Below, piece by piece: positions 57,582 through 64,000 of a stretch of DNA of 64,000 nt. The first letter of the stretch is position 1. The number at the start of each line of letters is the position of its first letter. The stretch is from NCBI GenBank assembly GCA_964016885.1, contig CAXHJY010001340.1, forward strand, positions 1-64,000, given 5' to 3'. The notes beneath the pieces are model-generated. The model ran no database searches, was not told the DNA's origin, and saw nothing but the letters and a program-made list of their open reading frames with translations. The stretch is from Eledone cirrhosa (Eukaryota). The translations under genes were made by a program, and so were the position numbers.

Positions 57582-58822
57582 TATATTTAATTTGATTTAT
57601 AATTATTTATGAAACTCGCCGATAAATCTTTCGATTTCTTTTTATTTTAAACATTCTTCATGAATAATTAAACTACCCTAAAAGCTGATGCTCCAAATAT
57701 ATCGAATAAATTTTACACTAGATAAACTTCTATATTAAATATAAGACCATCTGTAGATCAAATGGGTATCCTAAACTTTTGGAATGATTTCTGCTAGACA
57801 GGATTTGGTAAATAATTTTGGTTTTGTTTGCTTTTGATTCTGATGCTTATAACGAACTTGGCAATATATTGTCAATTAACTTTGAAGGGTTGATCTCTGT
57901 GGTTGATTTGCGGGGCATACTATGTTTTATTTTTAATATTTTTATTTTTTTATTTTTTTATTTCTGATATTTTTATTGATATATTGATATCTGTTCTCTA
58001 TTTATGCTTGAACGATAATCATGTAGAGTAAAGACAAGAATAGTATTGTTAAAATTAATGTAGACTCTATATATATTTGTGTGTATGTACACATATATGT
58101 ATACTAGAATTTTTATAGCACAATGAGAATGTTTTCATGTGAAATAGGAATTTGCAGAGTTGATCACGTAAATTCACATGGAAGTCTATAGTATCGAATC
58201 TGGGATAACCTATTTTATCGCAACTCTGATATAAACCTAGGAATTTTAAACTAGACATATGATCATTATTTTTCACACATTATTGATACGTGTCTCATTC
58301 ATGAATACTGATCTTTACATTGATGAAACATAATGTTTTAAATCTGCCTCGTTTATGTCTGGATATTTTTCTTTTCTCTCTATGTAACGGCTGTTTTCTC
58401 TCCTAACCACATATATCTCTCTCTACATTAATACGAGAACTAAATAAATAAATAAATAAATAAATATATCATTGATACGTCATTCAACTGGTGCCCAACT
58501 ACCTATTTTCTTTCTCTCTATCTCTATCTATATCTATCTCTCTCTATTTTTTCTCTCTCTCTCTCCTCTTTCTCTCTCTCTATCTATCTCCCTCTGTGTT
58601 TTTTCCTCTCTCTATATATCTCTCTCTGTTTCTTTACATGAATTTCTTCTCTCTATCTATCTCTCTCTATTTAGTTGCATGCATTTCTTCTTTTTCTTCG
58701 TTTTTTTTTCTTTCTTTCTTTTTATAACTGTCCCATTTTTCACTACCAAATCAACTTTTTAAATGGAAGTTGAAGTTGAAAGGTATGTCAAATCTATCTA
58801 TTTATAAGACTGTTTATATTGT

Positions 58823-58886
58823 ATTTTGTCTGAAGAAGGCATACCATATTTTTAATATGATATCCCTGAAATATATATAATGAAAT
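58823..58886 (+). ncRNA. Minimal type I hammerhead ribozyme in the PLE arm
   Basis: attttgt-CTGAAGA-aggcataccatatt..aatatgatatccct-GAAA-tatata-TA-atgaaat; the inverted copy at 56629-56692 has a mutated core (CTGAAAA). Confidence 0.78.
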
Positions 58887-59119
58887 AAATATGGTTTTAT
58901 AAATATAATTTCCATTTATTTAATATCGTAAATATACTCCAAATACTTGTTGAGTGCTTTTATATCAGTTATAAATATTTACTCGTTGTAACCCAACAAT
59001 TTAAATAAAACTTTGCATATATATTTATATATATATATATATATTTATATATGTATATATGTATGTATATATGTATGTATATATGTATGTATATATGTAT
59101 GTATATGTATATATGTATG

Positions 59120-59154
<35 letters not shown>

Positions 59155-59157
59155 GTA

Positions 59158-59188
<31 letters not shown>

Positions 59189-59452
59189 ATTTATATATAT
59201 ATATATATTTATATTTATGTATATTTATTTATATATATATATTTATATATTTATATATATATATTTATATATATATATTTATATATATATATTTATATTT
59301 ATATATATATATTTATATATATATATTTATATATTTATATTTATATATATATATTTATATTTATATATATATATTTATATATATATATTTATATATATAT
59401 ATTTATATATATATATTTATATATATATATTTATATATATATATTTATATAT

Positions 59453-60058
59453 AAAAGACGTAAAATAAGAAAATATCTTTTAAAAAAAATTTTTTAAAAA
59501 TTTTTTACTTACTTACTTAAATTTTCACTCCAACTAATTAGTTTCTGCAATGGGATAAAGACAGTTACATAATCATCAGGGAGTCTATTCTCAGCTGAGC
59601 CTCCAGGCAATGCGCGGACACTGGCGGCTCATATAAAAATAATAATAATAATTCGGTAGAAAGAACAGCTAGGCGAGGACTGGATTCTATGTACTGAAAT
59701 TCTCACTGTTTCCAGTCAAATGGCCGATTCTAAAGAATCAATCACGTGACATAGAGGCTAGTTAGAAGGAATGGGATGGTAAGATGACTGACGCCTACTA
59801 ACACCCCAAAAAAAAATTTTGAAGTGGTTTTGGCAGGTTTGCTCGACAAATCAGTGATTTGGAGATAAATATAGATAATTTAATATATCAACTAACATAG
59901 GCGCACAGATGCACGTCCATGCCAGCAAATACACAGGTTATGTCATAGTACCTAGGTGGTTCAATGCAGGAGGGTGCAGAACAATAATATAAAAGACGTA
60001 AAATAAGAAAATATCTTTTAAAAAAAATTTTTTAAAAATTTTTTACTTACTTACTTAA

Positions 60059-60060
<2 letters not shown>
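59453..60060 (-). mobile_element. ~538-nt non-coding hammerhead element with 70-bp terminal direct repeats (retrozyme-like or solo pseudo-LTR)
   Basis: 59453-59522 is identical to 59991-60060; (TA)n on both sides. Confidence 0.75.
59527..59584 (-). ncRNA. Minimal type I hammerhead ribozyme
   Basis: Minus strand reads actcc-CTGATGA-ttatgtaa...ttgca-GAAA-ctaattag-TT-ggagt: perfect stem I, palindromic stem III, GUU triplet. Confidence 0.75.
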
Positions 60061-60089
<29 letters not shown>

Positions 60090-61107
60090 TATATATATAT
60101 ATTTATATATATATATTTATATTTATATATATATATTTATATTTATATATATATATTTATATATATATATTTATATTTATATATATATATTTATATATAT
60201 ATATTTATATATATATATTTATATATATATATTTATATATATATATTTATATATATATATGTATATATGTATATTTATATATATATGTATATTTATATAT
60301 ATATGTATATTTATATATATATGTATATTTATATATATATGTATATTTATATATATATGTATATTTATATATATATGTATATTTATATATATATATGTAT
60401 ATTTATATATATATGTATATTTATATATATATGTATATTTATATATATATGTATATTTATATATATATATATGTATATTTATATATATATATGTATATTT
60501 ATATATATATATGTATATTTATATATATATATGTATATTTATATATATATGTATATTTATATATATATGTATATTTATATATATATGTATATTTATATAT
60601 ATATGTATATTTATATATATATGTATATTTATATATATATGTATATTTATATATATATGTATATTTATATATATATGTATATATATGTATATATATATGT
60701 ATATGTATATATTGTTATACTTTGGGAGGGTCATGTTGCCAATAAGAAACACACGCACCAGTTGCTTTCACTTCAATTTATTATATATTTATAAATTTAT
60801 AAATTTCTGGTTGGTTGGTTGGTTCCACAACCAGATAGTTGTTTATATATAGTCATAGTCCTTTCGTCACACACTCTGTGAGCTCTTCAGTGGCTGGGGA
60901 TTCCTTTCTTTGTCTCCGTGCCTCTCCTTTGTTCTGTCCTACGCCATTTTGTTTCTGTGTGTGTGCTGTGTGCTCAGTTTGCGCATGCGCCACATCCGGG
61001 TGTCTGTGTGTGTTTATGTTCATTTATCTATTTGTTTATTTATTTATTTATTTACCTGTTATTGGTTGGTTGTTTGTTCTATGTGTGTGTGTGTTTTCAT
61101 TTTGTCC

Positions 61108-61530
61108 TTAATTGTAAGTTGTGATGTTGCTGTTCCACTCATATTTTCTATTTAGTTTTGGTTGTAATTCTTTTATGTCTATTGCCTCTGTAATCTGTCT
61201 AAACATTGCATCTTTTCTGTGTGTAGATTCTATTTTTATTTCTATGTTCTCTAATTTACCCTTGTGTTCTATCTTAGTATGTTGGTATAGTACAGATGAT
61301 TCTTTATTATCTTGAAGGTCTCCCCAGTGTTCATTTATCCGTTCCCCTATACTACGAGCTGTCTCACCTATGTACACTATATTTTTGTTTCTACATTGTC
61401 CTTCAGTACATCTTATGCTATACACTACATTTCTAGTTTTACAGTTAATATGGGGGCTTATTTTACAGGTTATACATTTCTTATCTATACATGAGGGTCT
61501 TTGGAAAGGGTATGTCTTGCTAATAAGTGT
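61108..61530 (-). pseudogene. PLE segment D: Cys knuckle plus GIY-YIG endonuclease to stop codon
   Basis: C-terminal 140 aa of ORF 61108..61668. Confidence 0.9.
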
Positions 61531-61564
61531 ATAGGAGCAAATAAGTTGTATAGGAGCTAATAAG

Positions 61565-61936
61565 TTGTATAGGAGCAAATTTTGGAATAGAATAGAAAGA
61601 ACTAGGAACAAGGCTAATAGAATAAACTCATGGTATGATAGCAATAAATACCAGAGTGTAATGTTCATCGATACAACCCCTAGAGGCGAACTAGCCTACA
61701 AATTTAGAAGGGCCCTAAATAAACATAAACTCAATATTAAGATAGTAGAAAGACCAGGTACCTCCGTAAAAACACTTATTAGCAAGACATACCCTTTCCA
61801 AAGACCCTCATGTATAGATAAGAAATGTATAACCTGTAAAATAAGCCCCCATATTAACTGTAAAACTAGAAATGTAGTGCATAGCATAAGATGTACTGAA
61901 GGACAATGTACAAACAAAAATATAGTGTACATAGGT
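61565..61936 (+). pseudogene. PLE segment C: RT-endonuclease linker to IVYIG
   Basis: ORF 61565..61957. Confidence 0.88.
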
Positions 61937-62503
61937 CATAAGGTTATATGTGTCTAGGTAACTATTACTATAGGTAAGCTTAAGTAGAAGTCCCAGCTCA
62001 CTGGTATCAATCCCACGGAACTCAACCTTGCTCTCGCTGATCATTTCTACGCATTTCTCCACAGCAAAATCCACGTCAATAGATGGATACAGGGACACAA
62101 CATCCATACTGCCTATTATGCAGTTTGTTAGGTCCCCAGATCGGTTACCCACGCCGATTCTGCTGAGGAGGTCCTCCGTGCTGTCACATACATCTGGGGA
62201 CACTTCAATGATGGGGTGTATGATCAGGGAGAGGAAGTAGGACAGTCTGTAGTTACTAGCAATGTTAGCTCCACAGACTGGCCGTGTTGGTGGTCCCGCG
62301 ACAGGGTCACATCCCGTTTTATGGTCTTTTCGAAGCCCATACAACGCCGGCACGTCATTGTTCCAGGCCTGGAAGTTGTTGGCAGTCCTTTTGTTGGGCT
62401 GCATTATATTCGTCCACATCACCATATGGGCATTGAGGGCTTTTTCTCTATCCTCATGCTCCTGTTGTGTTACCTCTCTTGTGTTAGTGATGTGGGGTTG
62501 CAG
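61937..62503 (-). pseudogene. PLE segment A: RT N-terminal motifs
   Basis: ORF 61808..62512. Confidence 0.9.
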
Positions 62504-63535
62504 CGAGAGCAAGGTTGAGTTCCGTGGGATTGATACCAGTGAGCTGGGACTTCTACTTAAGCTTACCTATAGTAATAGTTACCTAGACACATATGACCTT
62601 AGCAACCTGTGCCCTACAAGACCAGCAAGAGGCAGACCACCTACCATTACCTCAATGGCCAAGAAAACCCACACAGATAGATGGAACGGGTGGACCAGAG
62701 CCATACGGACACCCGAAAACCACGGTGAACTGAAGAAAATGATTGCACATGCGGTAGGGGCCAGCATAAAACTAACCCTCAAGGAACATATGTTCAAATT
62801 TAATGGAAAAACATATGCCCAAGAGGAAGGAGCAGCCATTGGTGTTAGCATTGCAGGCGACATAGCTAACTTATTCATGGTATGGTGGGACAGTAGACTT
62901 AAACTTAAAGAACAATTAGAAGACAGCTTAACCCTGATAATGTACTCCCGCTACGTAGATGATATAAACATCGTAGTTAAGACACCCCCACTAGAGAACA
63001 GTCAGGAACTAGAGAAAAACACAATGGAAAGCATGCAGCAAATAGCAAACTCCATCCACCAGAGCATTAGAGTTACTATAGACTACCCAAGTAGACACCC
63101 CAACCATCGATTACCTGTACTAGACACAGAGCTCTGGTTAGATACCATTAACAACCAAAAACAAATCCTCCATTCCCATTATGCCAAACCCATGACTTCC
63201 AAACATCTGATCCACCGAAACTCGGCCATTTCGGACCATACCAAAATCAACATACTGATTGCGGATTTGGTACGGGTGATGAGAAATGTGTCCCGCATGT
63301 GCAACCCCGAAGAACTAGAGAGACACATACAACACTTCATCCACCGTATGCAGTTCTCTGGCTACAATCAGAGAGATAGAATCAGAGTGTATAGAGGAGC
63401 CAGAACCAAATGGGAAAAAATGGTAAATAATGACATAAATGGGACCTGCCCCTTGTATAGGAGCAAATTTTGGAATAGAATAGAAAGAACTAGGAACAAG
63501 GCTAATAGAATAAACTCATGGTATGATAGCAATAA

Positions 63536-63538
<3 letters not shown>
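62501..63538 (+). pseudogene. PLE segment B: RT core (YVDD) and thumb
   Basis: ORF 62262..63602 from SESKVEF onward; runs into (TA)n. Confidence 0.9.
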
Positions 63539-63585
<47 letters not shown>

Positions 63586-64000
63586 ATATATATATTCTAT
63601 GATGGACTCATGTAAATCGTAAAGTACAATCCTTCTCTCCATTTCCACGCTCAATTCCGTACACAGTCCAAACAAACATCCAATCTCGCAAAATCCGAAA
63701 TCTGTATTTTTTTGTTATCTATTTAAGGTTTAAATACGGTGTTTTTGTCGTATTGAACAGAACAAATCTTGCAGTTTTGCTTTTTGTTAAATCGCTTGTT
63801 AAACATTCATAACCTTCTATCTTAATTCTATCGTATTCGTCCAATTCCTTAATTCTATCGTATTCTCAAACAAAAAAAAAACAAAATCCTCCCCATTCTA
63901 CTTATAAATTACTTTAAATATATATAGTATGCTACTTGAAAGTCAAAAAGCCGATCCACCCCTTCACCCTCCTGCTTCTCCACGAGGGGGCTGCGGTCAG

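Larger units (their letters stand above)
56585..59015 (+). mobile_element. Penelope-like element remnant with inverted terminal arms (56590-56955 and 58550-58925)
   Basis: Near-identical inverted arms enclosing a GIY-YIG ORF fragment; hammerhead in the arms; embedded in (TA)n. Confidence 0.88.
59017..60710. repeat. (TA)n-based tracts 59017-59452 and 60061-60710 (18-bp period in the distal part)
   Basis: Direct reading. Confidence 0.95.
60850..63538. mobile_element. Penelope-like retroelement (RT plus GIY-YIG) rearranged into four alternating-orientation segments
   Basis: RT motifs LYGLRKDHK, TRPVCGA, SMDVVSLYPSI, QEEGAAIG, YSRYVDDI, LPVLD, RMQFSGY; endonuclease NVVYSIRC...YIGETAR...RINEH. 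Confidence 0.93.

Noticed and set aside
58290-58350. Possible SECIS or hammerhead half in the PLE 3' region
   Set aside because: No ATGA/GA quartet geometry or CTGANGA core could be established by eye.
62262-62500. Signal-peptide or TM-like N-terminus fused to the RT in the 446-aa ORF
   Set aside because: It is the antisense reading of PLE segment A across the inversion junction.

Overview
This is eukaryotic, AT-rich, repeat-dominated DNA. The repeat families and microsatellite load suggest a coleoid cephalopod such as Octopus (inference, not database-checked). Almost all long ORFs in the track are microsatellite artefacts. Two spliced + strand genes can be rebuilt by eye. The first is a small single-pass membrane protein with a tyrosine-motif tail that includes an ITAM-spaced pair (exons 24457-24537, 26730-26808, 27606-27801, possible first exon 10121-10145). 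The second is GTF3C6, TFIIIC subunit 6 (exons ~36966-37053, 40143-40229, 49745-49850, 51543-51715). GTF3C6 intron 2 holds a ~7.9 kb, 61-bp satellite with higher-order structure that grew inside the 3' end of a CR1/L2-type LINE fragment. The window also has about ten minimal type I hammerhead ribozyme motifs from several unrelated families, sitting in (TA)n-embedded, often fold-back, Penelope-like (PLE) termini. One is a ~538-nt retrozyme-like unit. There are two PLE coding remnants: a GIY-YIG fragment in an inverted-repeat cassette, and a stop-free RT-GIY-YIG ORF scrambled into four alternating-orientation pieces. The rest is tRNA-derived SINEs, RTE fragments, TTAA-flanked piggyBac-like MITEs and simple repeats.
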